From positions 64,001 to 128,000 of the IMG/VR virus record IMGVR_UViG_2786546475_000015: a stretch of 64,000 nucleotides of DNA, one strand, 5' to 3'. Below are positions 8,442 through 19,218 of this stretch, piece by piece. Numbering within the stretch: position 1 is the first letter of the stretch; each line of letters opens with the position of its first letter. Origin of the DNA: a virus. Taxonomy: Duplodnaviria > Caudoviricetes. The notes under the pieces were generated by a model, which ran no database searches, was not told the origin of the DNA, and was given only the letters and a program-made list of their open reading frames with translations. Made by a program: the position numbers and the translations under genes.

Positions 8442-10897
8442 TTAAAAACCCTTTTTATTTTATTTATCAGAGTTTTAATTAAAGAACGGTTTTCCAGTTC
8501 TTCAATACGCTTAGTTAATTGTTCTACGGTTTCTTTTAGTTCTATCGAGTGATGTACACCTAATCGACCGTAATCTACTGATAAATAACCTGTTTCTTTA
8601 TCTTCGCTAACGCATGTTGGGTAATATTTCTGTACGTCTTGAGCGATTATACCAGTATCGTATTTTTCTCTAATAGACTTAGCAACGTATTCGCTATTAC
8701 TCCAATACCAAGATTTTAAACGAATACCGTCATTAACGGTTAAATCGGTTTGTTCATCTTTTAATCGAGTATCGGAACTAATTTTAAATGATGTAGCATT
8801 AATTCTATCCGTAAAGAATAAACCACCACTAGCCGCAGTAACTTTGATATAATCACTACCATCATACCAAGCTTGTCTAAAGTTACTTGTACTACCACTA
8901 CTAGTTCTACCGTATATATGTAATCTAGCTTTATCACCATCCTCGCTACGGGAATCCATTTGTTGGTGAGCGCTATCAGAACCACTAACATCAAATTCTA
9001 AAGTACCAGTAATAGCACCACCACTAGTTGAAATAGCCCCTATTTCGCTAGGTTTAGGTTTATTGCCTGTATGATACATTTCATACCAATCACCCCAATT
9101 ACCAGAATAATAACCACGCATAAACCAACGTGGAGTAGTACCGTATGTTTGGTATTGTTGGGTAACACCAGCCGATTTTTGTACTAATAAAGAACCAGCG
9201 TGACCGTATGGATAAGAAGAATTAGTATCCGCATTTTCATTTTGAAAATAAAAACCAACCGAGCTATCGGTGTTTAAGTTATTTAAATTCGTGGATTCTA
9301 AATCAGTAGCATTAAATGGAATAGAATTATTACTTAAATTATTATTAGATATAGTACCCGAAATATTACTTGCTTGTAAGTTTGTTATTCCAGAACCATT
9401 ACCGTTAAAACTATTTGCAATTAATTCACCAGAACTAGTCAAAGATAATAAAGTATCCCAAGATATAGCGCTACCAGAATTACCGCCGCTACCATATTTC
9501 ATTTCCCATATAGGATCGCCTGTTACACCTAAATCCCAAAAGAAAGCCTGTTCACTACTTACCAAATAAGTTTCATCGTTTCCATTTGTCGCGTTCCATT
9601 TTAATTGTATTCTACCATTACCATCTTGAACACTAAGTAAAGCAGACGAAGTACCACCCACTAACTCTATTGTATCGCTATTTTTACCAGTTCGGTTATC
9701 TCCACCCAAAGTGATATTATCGAAATCTACATTACTACTTGTATTCAGTGATTGATTTGCGAAATTAGTCATACTAGTTGTTATTGTAGGTAATCGGTTT
9801 GATACGATAGTACCGCTAACAATATCACTTGCATCGTGAGTATGACTTAAATCAGTGGTTAAATCACCATAATTCAAACGGTCTAAAATTAAAGTACCAT
9901 TACCACTACCCGAAACACCAACAATACGACCATCATATGCAGTAATCCACTGATTAACGTTAGTATTACTAAACGGTAAATTAGAATAAGAAACAGTACC
10001 AACTAAATTATCAACACTTAAATCAGTTAGACCAGAACCGTTACCAGAAAAAAATGATCCAGATAAAGCCAAAATTTCACCAGAACTGGCGATTTTTAAT
10101 CGCTTCTCTAATCCATGTTCACCTGATGATGTACCAGTTGGCGTAGTCCAAAAAGATATAGACATAGCACCAGTATTATTACTAGAAAATGTTTGTTCTG
10201 CTTCACCTATTACAGCCGCACCGAAACGAGGAACTAAAGGACTCAAATCATTATCAGTACTACCAAATTTAATCGCGGGTGTATATTTACTTGTTGTATT
10301 AGCGCCACCCATTAATAATTCTAGACCATAATCCGTACCATCAAAACTTTGACTACCATTTAAAGGGTTATTAATTTTTACAGAACCTTGAGTCACGTCA
10401 AAGTTCATTCCATTATTTACGGTCTGTTCTCCCGAAGTACGTAAGACGGTAGAATCAATACTAATAGTTCTATTCGCTTCTAGACTACCACCACCATTTA
10501 AACCATCACCAGCGGTAATAGTTCTTGTATCCAACGCATATTTATCGTCGGTTTCGGTTTTAGAATACACGCCTAAACGTGTACGCATAGCCGAATCTGT
10601 GTTATCCGTTAATAAAAGTCTTGAAAAGTTAGTTGTTTTTGATGTAAAATGATCACTAACACGTAACGGAGTCATATACAATGAATTACTTGTTCCTGTA
10701 ATCGCTTGGGTTTGATCCGCTACACCATAATTTAAGACATTAGAAAGACCTACATCGGCTTGTGTAGGCTTATCAAATTCGGTATAAACTTTGTGTCCTT
10801 CGTAAAACAAAGAATCACCATCTGGTAGTACGGGTAGATTTCCAGCACTCCAAATGGTGTTACCACCGATTGTAGAATTTAATTTTAAGTCACTCAT
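8438..10897 (-). CDS. distal long tail fibre A: gp36-like N-terminus, knob domain, C-terminal intramolecular chaperone
   Basis: Same N-terminus as fibre B; GSLLV..QQY..RGYYSGNWGDW knob motif; SDTRLK..GIIAQDVQ..VDY. Confidence 0.85.
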   Translation of the reverse strand: MSDLKLNSTIGGNTIWSAGNLPVLPDGDSLFYEGHKVYTEFDKPTQADVGLSNVLNYGVADQTQAITGTSNSLYMTPLRVSDHFTSKTTNFSRLLLTDNTDSAMRTRLGVYSKTETDDKYALDTRTITAGDGLNGGGSLEANRTISIDSTVLRTSGEQTVNNGMNFDVTQGSVKINNPLNGSQSFDGTDYGLELLMGGANTTSKYTPAIKFGSTDNDLSPLVPRFGAAVIGEAEQTFSSNNTGAMSISFWTTPTGTSSGEHGLEKRLKIASSGEILALSGSFFSGNGSGLTDLSVDNLVGTVSYSNLPFSNTNVNQWITAYDGRIVGVSGSGNGTLILDRLNYGDLTTDLSHTHDASDIVSGTIVSNRLPTITTSMTNFANQSLNTSSNVDFDNITLGGDNRTGKNSDTIELVGGTSSALLSVQDGNGRIQLKWNATNGNDETYLVSSEQAFFWDLGVTGDPIWEMKYGSGGNSGSAISWDTLLSLTSSGELIANSFNGNGSGITNLQASNISGTISNNNLSNNSIPFNATDLESTNLNNLNTDSSVGFYFQNENADTNSSYPYGHAGSLLVQKSAGVTQQYQTYGTTPRWFMRGYYSGNWGDWYEMYHTGNKPKPSEIGAISTSGGAITGTLEFDVSGSDSAHQQMDSRSEDGDKARLHIYGRTSSGSTSNFRQAWYDGSDYIKVTAASGGLFFTDRINATSFKISSDTRLKDEQTDLTVNDGIRLKSWYWSNSEYVAKSIREKYDTGIIAQDVQKYYPTCVSEDKETGYLSVDYGRLGVHHSIELKETVEQLTKRIEELENRSLIKTLINKIKRVFK

Positions 10898-10935
10898 GTA
10901 TATTCCAAATCGTTATAGTTATTTTAATTTTTATT

Positions 10936-10998
10936 ACTAAATCGAATTTTAACAGTTTCCTTTATATATAATTATTATAGGAATTACTGTTAAAAAAT
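10936..10998. repeat. 63-bp IR-flanked AT-rich element, copy 1 (candidate origin)
   Basis: ACTAAATCGAATTTTAACAG-31 nt-CTGTTAAAAAAT; also present at 52035-52097. Confidence 0.8.
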
Positions 10999-11046
10999 GC
11001 TTTAAAGCATAATGTTAATAGCGCCCTTGGCGCGTAAGCCGTAGGC

Positions 11047-12651
11047 TTACATTTCTGTATAATTTATTGCTTCTAATTTTCTAGTCGTAAACGACAATAA
11101 AGATACTTCTTTGATTACTGGTAATGCATATTTTACATCTGATGTAGTCGTGTTATCTTTATCAGAAACGTATATTTTTAATCCGTTTACACCACTAGTC
11201 ATTTGAAAAACTGAACTGTTATTAGGGTTGTCAATATCAAATTGTGATTCGTGATATCCTATTACCGAGTTTTTGAAATCGATTACATCGCCATTAGTCC
11301 ATGTATAAGGTAGAACCCAAAAATACATCAACTTATACGTATCACCAAAATCACTACTTGGTATGTTAACGGCTTCTGGATCTGTTACAGGAGAACCTAA
11401 ATCATCTAATAAATCGGCGGTGACACCATTATCAAACGCTTTAACACCCAATGAAACGCTACCAGAATCTTTAGTAGCTTTAACCCATATACCAATAAAA
11501 TAAGGTTTTGTATTATCTACTAAGCATTCACTAGCACTATTCAACGTTATAGAAGTATCTGTTTTGGTTACCGCTCTATCTTGATTATTGGTTAATACTT
11601 GATCGTTCCAATAAACATCCTCGATAACATCTTGTTCTAACTCAACACCACTATGAGCGTTGGCTTCTAAATCAGAATCTTCATACCAATCGGTATCAAA
11701 AATATCATGTCCATGTACGTTTTGTGATACTTTACTACTGTATATACCTTTTGAACTTATAATTGTATCTTCTGGTATCGGACTAAACCCATTGTGTAAA
11801 CCAATTTGGATACTATCAATTTTTGCAGTACCCGAACCTGTATGAACCGTTCTAACAACAATACGATTAGTACCTGTTGGTGTGTCGTAAATGATGTTAT
11901 AAGATTGCCACAAATCAATAGAATCACATGTAAATGACATAACATCCAATGATGTAGTATTATCAAAAAACTCTATCTCTAATGATACGATTGTGTTAAT
12001 ATCATTCTTCATAAACGCACTAGCGGTGATGTAACTATCGTTGTTTATCGCTTTATCAACTAATACCGTGTTAGATGAATATTCGGTGTCATCTTGATAT
12101 ATAGGCTTACCAAATCCGTTATCACCTAATTCGTTTATATTCTTGAACGTAGTTGATAAAGTAGCCGTAGGACTTGTTGAAGTCGTACCACTAACAGATT
12201 CATATACAAAACCGAATGTACCATGACAAATAGCTGAATAACATGTCTTAGGTTTACGATTTAAAAAGTTAGTACCTAACCATTTCCATGAACCTAGACG
12301 CTCAAATTCCGCATCAATTGATAGTGTACTACGAATACCTTTTGTACCGCCTGTCGCTAATAAAGCGATATGATCAGCGCCTAAATTTTGTAAACGACTA
12401 ATCAATGCGCTTCTAGCTGTTGTGTTATCGTAAATGTCGTATACACCGTCTGATAAAACATTCATAGACGAATCAAATACGACCATAGCTAATCCGTTTA
12501 AACTTGGATTACCATGTTCAGTACCGTTAATAAGCACTGAACGGCTACCATTCGAACCGTTCGTACCTACTACTTTTACAGAGTTGTCTATTTTGTTTTC
12601 ATCTAGTTTTACGGCTTTTATACCTGTTCTACTAAATTCTAAAAAACTCAT
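11047..12651 (-). CDS. 35: long tail fibre hinge connector
   Basis: Between 34 and the gp36-like gene; ATG at 12651 overlaps gp34 stop (TAATG). Confidence 0.75.
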   Translation of the reverse strand: MSFLEFSRTGIKAVKLDENKIDNSVKVVGTNGSNGSRSVLINGTEHGNPSLNGLAMVVFDSSMNVLSDGVYDIYDNTTARSALISRLQNLGADHIALLATGGTKGIRSTLSIDAEFERLGSWKWLGTNFLNRKPKTCYSAICHGTFGFVYESVSGTTSTSPTATLSTTFKNINELGDNGFGKPIYQDDTEYSSNTVLVDKAINNDSYITASAFMKNDINTIVSLEIEFFDNTTSLDVMSFTCDSIDLWQSYNIIYDTPTGTNRIVVRTVHTGSGTAKIDSIQIGLHNGFSPIPEDTIISSKGIYSSKVSQNVHGHDIFDTDWYEDSDLEANAHSGVELEQDVIEDVYWNDQVLTNNQDRAVTKTDTSITLNSASECLVDNTKPYFIGIWVKATKDSGSVSLGVKAFDNGVTADLLDDLGSPVTDPEAVNIPSSDFGDTYKLMYFWVLPYTWTNGDVIDFKNSVIGYHESQFDIDNPNNSSVFQMTSGVNGLKIYVSDKDNTTTSDVKYALPVIKEVSLLSFTTRKLEAINYTEM

Positions 12652-15527
12652 TATGGATTCTCTACCCAAGTAAATTTAACTGTTTCGTTTACTGGATCGG
12701 GTTCAATTCTCAAATTACCAATTTGAATATAGTTATTAACAGAGATATCATCGAATGTAGTACCAGAGATACCCGCTTTTTCATCGATTTGTTCTTGTAA
12801 TAACCTAACCACATTAGCGGTAGCCGCTTGTGTTTGGCTTGTACTGTCTACTGCGTTATTCAGTTGAACAATACCTTGTTGAGAAGTTGTAGCCGATGGT
12901 ACACTTTTCAGTTTGTTAAAATTAATTTTAGCGTCTGATTCAATAACTGTTGTACTATTAACAGCATAACCAGCGCTTGAACGTAGTAAACCACTTGTAT
13001 TAGACGAGAATAGTTCGGTATAATCCGTACCATTACTTGAATAATCAAATACAAAACGTCCATCAAAACCAATTCTAGAACGCGTGTAATGTGCGTTATT
13101 GCGATTTAAACCATAACTTGGTGTATTATCAGCAGTAGATTTAACTGACATTAAACCAGTTGTGTTTTGTACTAATAAATCACCGTTTATAGTATCGCCT
13201 TGGTTTGATACGTACGTATTATCTAGTGTTTTACCGTTTTGTGTTATTACACCACTAACTAATGTATCAGTAACGTTTAAATTACCATCTACGTCTACAC
13301 CAGTTGCGGTCGTCGCTAACCTTTGAGTACCATTGTATCGTAAGTTAACAGCACCGTTTGTGGTTACGTCGAAATTAGATACAAATGAACCTGTATTATC
13401 ATCACCAATACGGAATGTTTGACTAACGCCTGTTAGACGTACATCACCATCGGCTGAACGAATTAATGAAAATGTTTCACTATCATCGCCGTTGTTGAAT
13501 ATTAGTCCTTTGTTTTCTGTAATAGTTAACGAACCATTTAATCGGTCGTCTACATCACTACGTAAGAAACTAGTACTATCGATACCATCTAACAATTCGC
13601 TATCTACGGCTTTAGCCCCACTTGGTAAGAAGTAAGTTAAAGCGTGATTTAATGTACGCGGTGTTACCACAAATCCGCTATGATCGTAATCATCTACGGC
13701 TTGAGAACTACCGTTAACGTTATCACCGATGAACGCACCACCTTTCGTACTTGTTTGAACAGTACCACGATAAGATTGCGAACTAATCGCGTTTGTACTT
13801 GTTCTAGTCCAACGTAATAACTTAGCAGGGGTAATCGCGTTTGTGTCGTTAGTACCCGCGTCTGTTTCTGTATTATCAGCAATTTCTAATACACCCGCTA
13901 ATGTTGTTGTAGCGCGTCTTGCATCCAACTTCTTAGGTGTGATAATATGTGTATCGTTGGTATTACTATTAGCTTCTGTTTGTGTAGCTACTTCTGCTAG
14001 ACCGCGAATTGTTTCCGTAGCTTGTCTACTATTTAGCAATTCTGGTGTTACAATCGCGTCATTAGCGAAAGAACCTGATGTAGCAACTTGTAATTCCGAT
14101 GATGTAGCTAAACGTGTTAAACCACGACGAGTAGTTGTAGACGTTCTATTAGCTAGTGTTAACGGGGTTACCGCACTATCATCAATCGGACTATCTTCAT
14201 AGTTTTTATTAACTTCTGTTTGTGTAGCTAATGGGATGATACCCGCACGATTACGATAATTTTCATCAACTTTATCTATACGATAACTGATAATATCGAT
14301 AGTCCAGCAATCGTTATCCTCACAATACGTCAAACGCAATGTAGGAGAACTAAAGTCACTGACTAGAGTAATACTGGTACTTTGCGTTAATTCGCCTTCT
14401 GTTGGTACGTCAGAGAACTTATTCTTGATGTATTTGTTGATATCACCAAGGATTGTGTGTGGTGTATTCGGATCACAATTAATAGTAATCGATGCACCCA
14501 CATAACTATAAGTATTAGTCAATTCGATGAAGTCGCCATTGTTAGCGTCTTTTGGTAACGTAATGTTAATAGCACTTGTTGGTGATGTATGACGAACCGC
14601 GATATGCTCTAATGGTTTAGCGACATAATCAGACGTAATGATATTAGTACGTGTACGGATATCCGCATCAAATACACGCCAACGGTTTTGCGTTTTATCA
14701 AATACAACCGCACCCCAACCAATAGTATTAAACGTTTTTTCTGTTGTCGTACTATTATCGATTGTATGTGTACTATCTGGATGTACTTTTAAAACAGTAC
14801 CGTTAATCGAAGCTAATCCATCGATATCGTAAGTTTCAAACAAATCACCATCTTCTGCATAACGTGGTAACGTCAATACGAATTGACCAGTTGATGAACG
14901 ACGATAAAGTTTTTCGCTTGCTGTAATCTGGATGTTACCCGCATTGGCTACGCGTGAGTTACCACGATCCTGAATAGAAACTACCCATTCAGCACCATTA
15001 AAGATAAAGATATACAATGCTTTTTTCTTAGTAATAATAAACTCATTACCAAAACCATTGATCGTAATAGAACTAGTTACACTTGCTTTAAGTGTAGCGA
15101 TATCACCACCTTCATCTTGGACAGCAATAATTTCACCGTCTAATGGTGATGTAGGTAATTCAATAGTAATAGGGTTACTTTGGTTTTTGATCAAGTAACG
15201 ATTACCAGCGGTAGCCGCGATTGTTCCTTGTGTTTCTCGGATAAATGGCGTGTCTGTACGAACCGCAGACCATAAATCTGGATCAAACGCACCCGCAGGA
15301 GCGCTGATATCTGATTTAGCAGACCACAATCTGTTTTCTCGGATAATGACGAACCCGCTTTTATACGATCTAGTAGGATCGTAATCCTGAACTGTGTTAT
15401 TTTCTGTATAGTATGATACGTTAACCGCATCTTTGTTTTCGCCGTTTCGTGGATCGCCTAGATTTACTAGAGGATTGTCAGATCCATCGAAACCCGAAAG
15501 TGATTTAAAAGGTTTTTTAATAGCCAT
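12651..15527 (-). CDS. 34: long tail fibre proximal subunit
   Basis: ENNTVQDYDPTRSY..IIRENRLW..W.AVRTD N-terminus; ATQTE..VTP repeats. Confidence 0.92.
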   Translation of the reverse strand: MAIKKPFKSLSGFDGSDNPLVNLGDPRNGENKDAVNVSYYTENNTVQDYDPTRSYKSGFVIIRENRLWSAKSDISAPAGAFDPDLWSAVRTDTPFIRETQGTIAATAGNRYLIKNQSNPITIELPTSPLDGEIIAVQDEGGDIATLKASVTSSITINGFGNEFIITKKKALYIFIFNGAEWVVSIQDRGNSRVANAGNIQITASEKLYRRSSTGQFVLTLPRYAEDGDLFETYDIDGLASINGTVLKVHPDSTHTIDNSTTTEKTFNTIGWGAVVFDKTQNRWRVFDADIRTRTNIITSDYVAKPLEHIAVRHTSPTSAINITLPKDANNGDFIELTNTYSYVGASITINCDPNTPHTILGDINKYIKNKFSDVPTEGELTQSTSITLVSDFSSPTLRLTYCEDNDCWTIDIISYRIDKVDENYRNRAGIIPLATQTEVNKNYEDSPIDDSAVTPLTLANRTSTTTRRGLTRLATSSELQVATSGSFANDAIVTPELLNSRQATETIRGLAEVATQTEANSNTNDTHIITPKKLDARRATTTLAGVLEIADNTETDAGTNDTNAITPAKLLRWTRTSTNAISSQSYRGTVQTSTKGGAFIGDNVNGSSQAVDDYDHSGFVVTPRTLNHALTYFLPSGAKAVDSELLDGIDSTSFLRSDVDDRLNGSLTITENKGLIFNNGDDSETFSLIRSADGDVRLTGVSQTFRIGDDNTGSFVSNFDVTTNGAVNLRYNGTQRLATTATGVDVDGNLNVTDTLVSGVITQNGKTLDNTYVSNQGDTINGDLLVQNTTGLMSVKSTADNTPSYGLNRNNAHYTRSRIGFDGRFVFDYSSNGTDYTELFSSNTSGLLRSSAGYAVNSTTVIESDAKINFNKLKSVPSATTSQQGIVQLNNAVDSTSQTQAATANVVRLLQEQIDEKAGISGTTFDDISVNNYIQIGNLRIEPDPVNETVKFTWVENP

Positions 15528-15597
15528 TATGTAAATCCGTTTTTATTGTTAAAATGTGTGATATTATGTATCTGTATTTATTTAGTGAGGTAAATTT

Positions 15598-16500
15598 ATG
15601 CTAGACGATCTAGATGACGGAATGAAACAAGGTGTACATCTTGTCGATTTCAGTCAAATTATGATTTCGAGCGTTATGGCGGCGTTCGATGAAGGCGAAC
15701 CGATTACGGTTCAAGATATCAGAAAAGTATTTTTGAATGTCTTAAAACACAACGTCATAAAACGTAAAAAAGAATATCCTATTGTAGTAATCGCTTTTGA
15801 TGATAAACGTGGTGGTTATTGGCGTGAAAAGATTCACCCAACGTATAAAGCAACACGTAAAAATAAGCAAAAGAAAACCAAATGGGATTGGGATACGATT
15901 CACGAAGCTATGGGTACTATTCGCGATGAATTAAAAGAATATTTCCCATATATCACAATTTCAGTTCGTGGTGTTGAAGCGGATGATATCATCGCAACAT
16001 TAACTAAGACGTTATCAAGTAACCATAATATATTTATTACTGGTGCAGATGGTGATTTCGCACAATTACAAGTTTTTCCTAATGTTCGACAATGGAATCC
16101 TATTCACGAAAAATGGGTGAAACCTAAAACGGGTGATCCGCGTACTGATTTATTAACCAAATTAATTAAAGGTGATACTAAAGACTCTATCCCGAATATT
16201 AAATGTCCTATCGATTGGTATGATGTTAAAGAGGAAGGTAAACGCGCACCATCAATTACTAAAAAGTTCTTGAAGCCTATTTTTGAAGCTGATAACCCAC
16301 AAGAACTATTGGAAGGTGATGAACTGGATAGATTTCAACAAAACGAAAAATTAATTAGTTTTGAATTTATTCCAGAACATATTCAATCGGAAATTATTGA
16401 ATTATACGAAAATACTAAACCAGCACCTAAATCGAAGTTGCATAAGTATTTCGTAAAAAATAGATTGACAGATTATATGGCAGAAGCGGGTAGTTTTTAA
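15598..16500 (+). CDS. rnh: RNase H / 5'-3' exonuclease
   Basis: DFSQI, YWR..YK..R, EADDII, DGDF.QL, KGD.KD.IPNI. Confidence 0.93.
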   Translation: MLDDLDDGMKQGVHLVDFSQIMISSVMAAFDEGEPITVQDIRKVFLNVLKHNVIKRKKEYPIVVIAFDDKRGGYWREKIHPTYKATRKNKQKKTKWDWDTIHEAMGTIRDELKEYFPYITISVRGVEADDIIATLTKTLSSNHNIFITGADGDFAQLQVFPNVRQWNPIHEKWVKPKTGDPRTDLLTKLIKGDTKDSIPNIKCPIDWYDVKEEGKRAPSITKKFLKPIFEADNPQELLEGDELDRFQQNEKLISFEFIPEHIQSEIIELYENTKPAPKSKLHKYFVKNRLTDYMAEAGSF

Positions 16501-16784
16501 TGAAAACAGAAGTAGTAGTAGAAACATTTCCATTGACTAACGCGAAAAAACAACAAATTAGTCTGGAAATCGAATGTATAAAAGAAACATACGACGAGTA
16601 TACTTATATAGAATCAGTGTTAGAATGGTGTGATGTTAATGATGTTGATGTAACAGAAATTAAGAAATACATCAATGAGACATTGATTAGAAAAATTGAG
16701 GTAGAAGCTAAAGATGCAAACCTTATTAAAAATAAAGACACCGCCAAATCCAAAAAGGATGATCAATGGCTTTTCGGTGTTTAA
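16500..16784 (+). CDS. 33: late transcription co-activator
   Basis: YIE..LEWC....I.KI..EA...NL motif; synteny rnh-33-59-32. Confidence 0.8.
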   Translation: MKTEVVVETFPLTNAKKQQISLEIECIKETYDEYTYIESVLEWCDVNDVDVTEIKKYINETLIRKIEVEAKDANLIKNKDTAKSKKDDQWLFGV

Positions 16785-17358
16785 ATTATATGTTGCATTA
16801 AAAGCCCACTTTAAAGGTACATTCGACGTAGAAAAATATCATTGGAATATGAAAGTATCGGTTAATGCTTACAGAAAGAGAAAAGACCGATACTTCTTTG
16901 ATAAATTATCTGACAAATATAATATCAGAGAATTAACCATGATATTCGCGTTTAATTTCTTATCTAATGATAATGCATGGGCTGGCGACTTAGTAGATTC
17001 CGATGCTATATCATTTTTTAGAAAACGCGAAGGTGAAGTTAACAACGCTTACAACATGTTCAAAGATGATCTAGAGAACATGATATATTTTTGTCGTAAA
17101 CGTGAAATTAATTTCAAAAAAATGTTCGATTGGGATGATAATCATCCTATAATATTTAAGATGCTTCAACAAGACGCTATAAGCTATGAAACGTTTGTGA
17201 TAATCGACACCATAGGAAAATTTACCCATAAGTGGGATAACACTGATGTTATATGGAACGAATACAGAAAACGTATCGAAGCTTATAAGAAAATTTTAAG
17301 CATAAATACTAATACTTGCAGAGAATTGTTCAAGTATACACTTAAAACAGCTATCTAA
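16714..17358 (+). CDS. 59: helicase loader
   Basis: KLY..LK.HF.G.FD..KY.W, YFF.KL..KY, ISYETF. Confidence 0.92.
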   Translation: MQTLLKIKTPPNPKRMINGFSVFKLYVALKAHFKGTFDVEKYHWNMKVSVNAYRKRKDRYFFDKLSDKYNIRELTMIFAFNFLSNDNAWAGDLVDSDAISFFRKREGEVNNAYNMFKDDLENMIYFCRKREINFKKMFDWDDNHPIIFKMLQQDAISYETFVIIDTIGKFTHKWDNTDVIWNEYRKRIEAYKKILSINTNTCRELFKYTLKTAI

Positions 17359-17403
17359 CAGTATAACTAATTTTTAACTATTTTACAACTAAGGTATTAA
17401 CTT

Positions 17404-18336
17404 ATGGGATTCAAAAGAAGTAACATATCTAAAATCCAAAATCAACTAGATAACATGACTTCTAGTAACAACTACGAAGATAAAGATGAATGGAAACTTG
17501 CCACCGATTCAGCGGGAAATGGTAATGCCATTATCCGATTCTTACCAAGTAAAGATGATGACAGTCTACCGTTTGTTAAAATTTACACACACGGATTTAA
17601 TCATAAAGGTCAATGGTTTGTTGAGAATTGCCCTACCACACTTAATAAAGATGGTGAAACGCTTAAATGTCCAGTATGCGAATCTAACAGTGAATTATGG
17701 AATACTGAATTAGAAGCCAACAAAGATATTGCACGTGATCGTAAGCGTAATCTTTCTTATTGGTCTAATATCATGGTTATTAAGGATAGTAAAAATCCCG
17801 AAAACGAAGGTAAAGTATTCAAATACCGTTTTGGTTCTAAGATCATGGAAAAAATTCAGAAAGCGGCGAACCCACCAGAAGAATTAGGTGATGATCCAGT
17901 TGATGTTACTTGTGTTTTTGATGGTGCAGATTTCTTCTTGTCTACTAAGAAAGTTAGCGGTTATCAAAATTATGATGACTCGCAATTTAAATCGCCAAAA
18001 CCGATTAAGAATATCGATGATGAAGAATATCAAGATGAATTGATGAAACAAATGCACGATTTGAATAAAATTGTTGCGCCAGATCAGTTTAAATCTTATA
18101 ATGATCTTAAAAAACGATTAGACCGTGTTATTGGTGAAACTAAGTCAGCTTCAAAAGCAACGGCTGATGCGGAAAAAGAACTAGACGATTTCGATACAGA
18201 ATTAAATTCTGCTAAGAATGAAGGTAGTGTAGATGATGACGTTTTTGATGATGACGTTAGCGATTCCGTTGATTCGTCTGCTGATGTTGACGATGACGAT
18301 TTAGATGATCTATTAGATGGTTTAGACGAAGATTAA
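17404..18336 (+). CDS. 32: single-stranded DNA binding protein
   Basis: EWKL..D.AGNG.A.IRFLP, HGF..GQWF.ENC..T..CPVC, acidic tail. Confidence 0.95.
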   Translation: MGFKRSNISKIQNQLDNMTSSNNYEDKDEWKLATDSAGNGNAIIRFLPSKDDDSLPFVKIYTHGFNHKGQWFVENCPTTLNKDGETLKCPVCESNSELWNTELEANKDIARDRKRNLSYWSNIMVIKDSKNPENEGKVFKYRFGSKIMEKIQKAANPPEELGDDPVDVTCVFDGADFFLSTKKVSGYQNYDDSQFKSPKPIKNIDDEEYQDELMKQMHDLNKIVAPDQFKSYNDLKKRLDRVIGETKSASKATADAEKELDDFDTELNSAKNEGSVDDDVFDDDVSDSVDSSADVDDDDLDDLLDGLDED

Positions 18337-18338
18337 TT

Positions 18339-18362
18339 AAGGGGGCTTTCGCCCCCTTTTTT
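18339..18362 (+). terminator. intrinsic terminator after gene 32
   Basis: GGGGGC-TTTC-GCCCCC-T6. Confidence 0.85.
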
Positions 18363-18375
18363 GACCGAGGAATAT

Positions 18376-19218
18376 ATGAAAGAATATAAAGAAGTATTAG
18401 AATATACACTCAAACATGGTTCTATGAAAAATAATAGAACTGATTACAAAACTTTATCTACTAACGCATATCTAAGTAGAATGGATGTTAGTGATTCATT
18501 TCCAGCTACAACAATTAAAAAGATTGCATGGAAACCAGCGGTAGGTGAATTCCTATGGATGGTAAGTAGTTCAACAAATGTCAATGATTTACGAGAGATT
18601 ACTTATGGTAAGGGTTCTGATAAAAAGACTATTTGGGATGCTAACTACGAACATCAAGGTAAAAATTTAGGTTATGTAGACGGTTATATGGGTAAAATTT
18701 ATGGTCACCAATGGCGTAAAGGTAAATTCGATCAGTTACAACGCGTGATCGATAAGATTCGTACTATTGGCGATGATCGTAGATTATTAGTTAATTCATG
18801 GAATATCGACGATTTAGAAACGATGGTAGTACCACCATGTCACTACGCGTATCAATTTTATGTAGATGGTGATAAATTAAGCCTATCGTACGTCATGCGC
18901 TCTACTGATTTAGGTCTAGGCTTACCCTTTGATAATGTACTTTATGGGCTTCTGCTTTATGTAGTCGCACAAATGACAGGTAAAAAACCGCACATGCTGA
19001 ACTTTATTAATTCTGGCGATATTCATATTTATGAAAATCATATCGATGCGGTAAAAGAAATGTTAAAACGTGAACCTTATCCAGCACCGAAACTAAATAT
19101 TAAAACACCGTTCGATCAAAATTCTACGTTGGAAGATGTAGTAAAGAGTGGTGTAGAAAACTTTGAATTAGTTGACTATAAATGTCACCCACGTATAAAG
19201 ATGGACATGGCGGTATGA
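18376..19218 (+). CDS. td: thymidylate synthase (no intron)
   Basis: PPCH, MRSTDLGLGLPFD, HIYENH; ATG at 18376 after GAGG. Confidence 0.95.
   Translation: MKEYKEVLEYTLKHGSMKNNRTDYKTLSTNAYLSRMDVSDSFPATTIKKIAWKPAVGEFLWMVSSSTNVNDLREITYGKGSDKKTIWDANYEHQGKNLGYVDGYMGKIYGHQWRKGKFDQLQRVIDKIRTIGDDRRLLVNSWNIDDLETMVVPPCHYAYQFYVDGDKLSLSYVMRSTDLGLGLPFDNVLYGLLLYVVAQMTGKKPHMLNFINSGDIHIYENHIDAVKEMLKREPYPAPKLNIKTPFDQNSTLEDVVKSGVENFELVDYKCHPRIKMDMAV

Noticed and set aside
6045-10897. Diversity-generating retroelement or invertase shufflon for the fibres
   Set aside because: No reverse transcriptase or recombinase in the window; paralogues are direct and differences are not adenine-specific
13780-14250. Repeats in gp34 as a novel array
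   Set aside because: Known gp34 shaft repeats
17359-17403. gene 32 autoregulatory pseudoknot
   Set aside because: AT-rich leader is compatible with an operator, but I could not identify a pseudoknot
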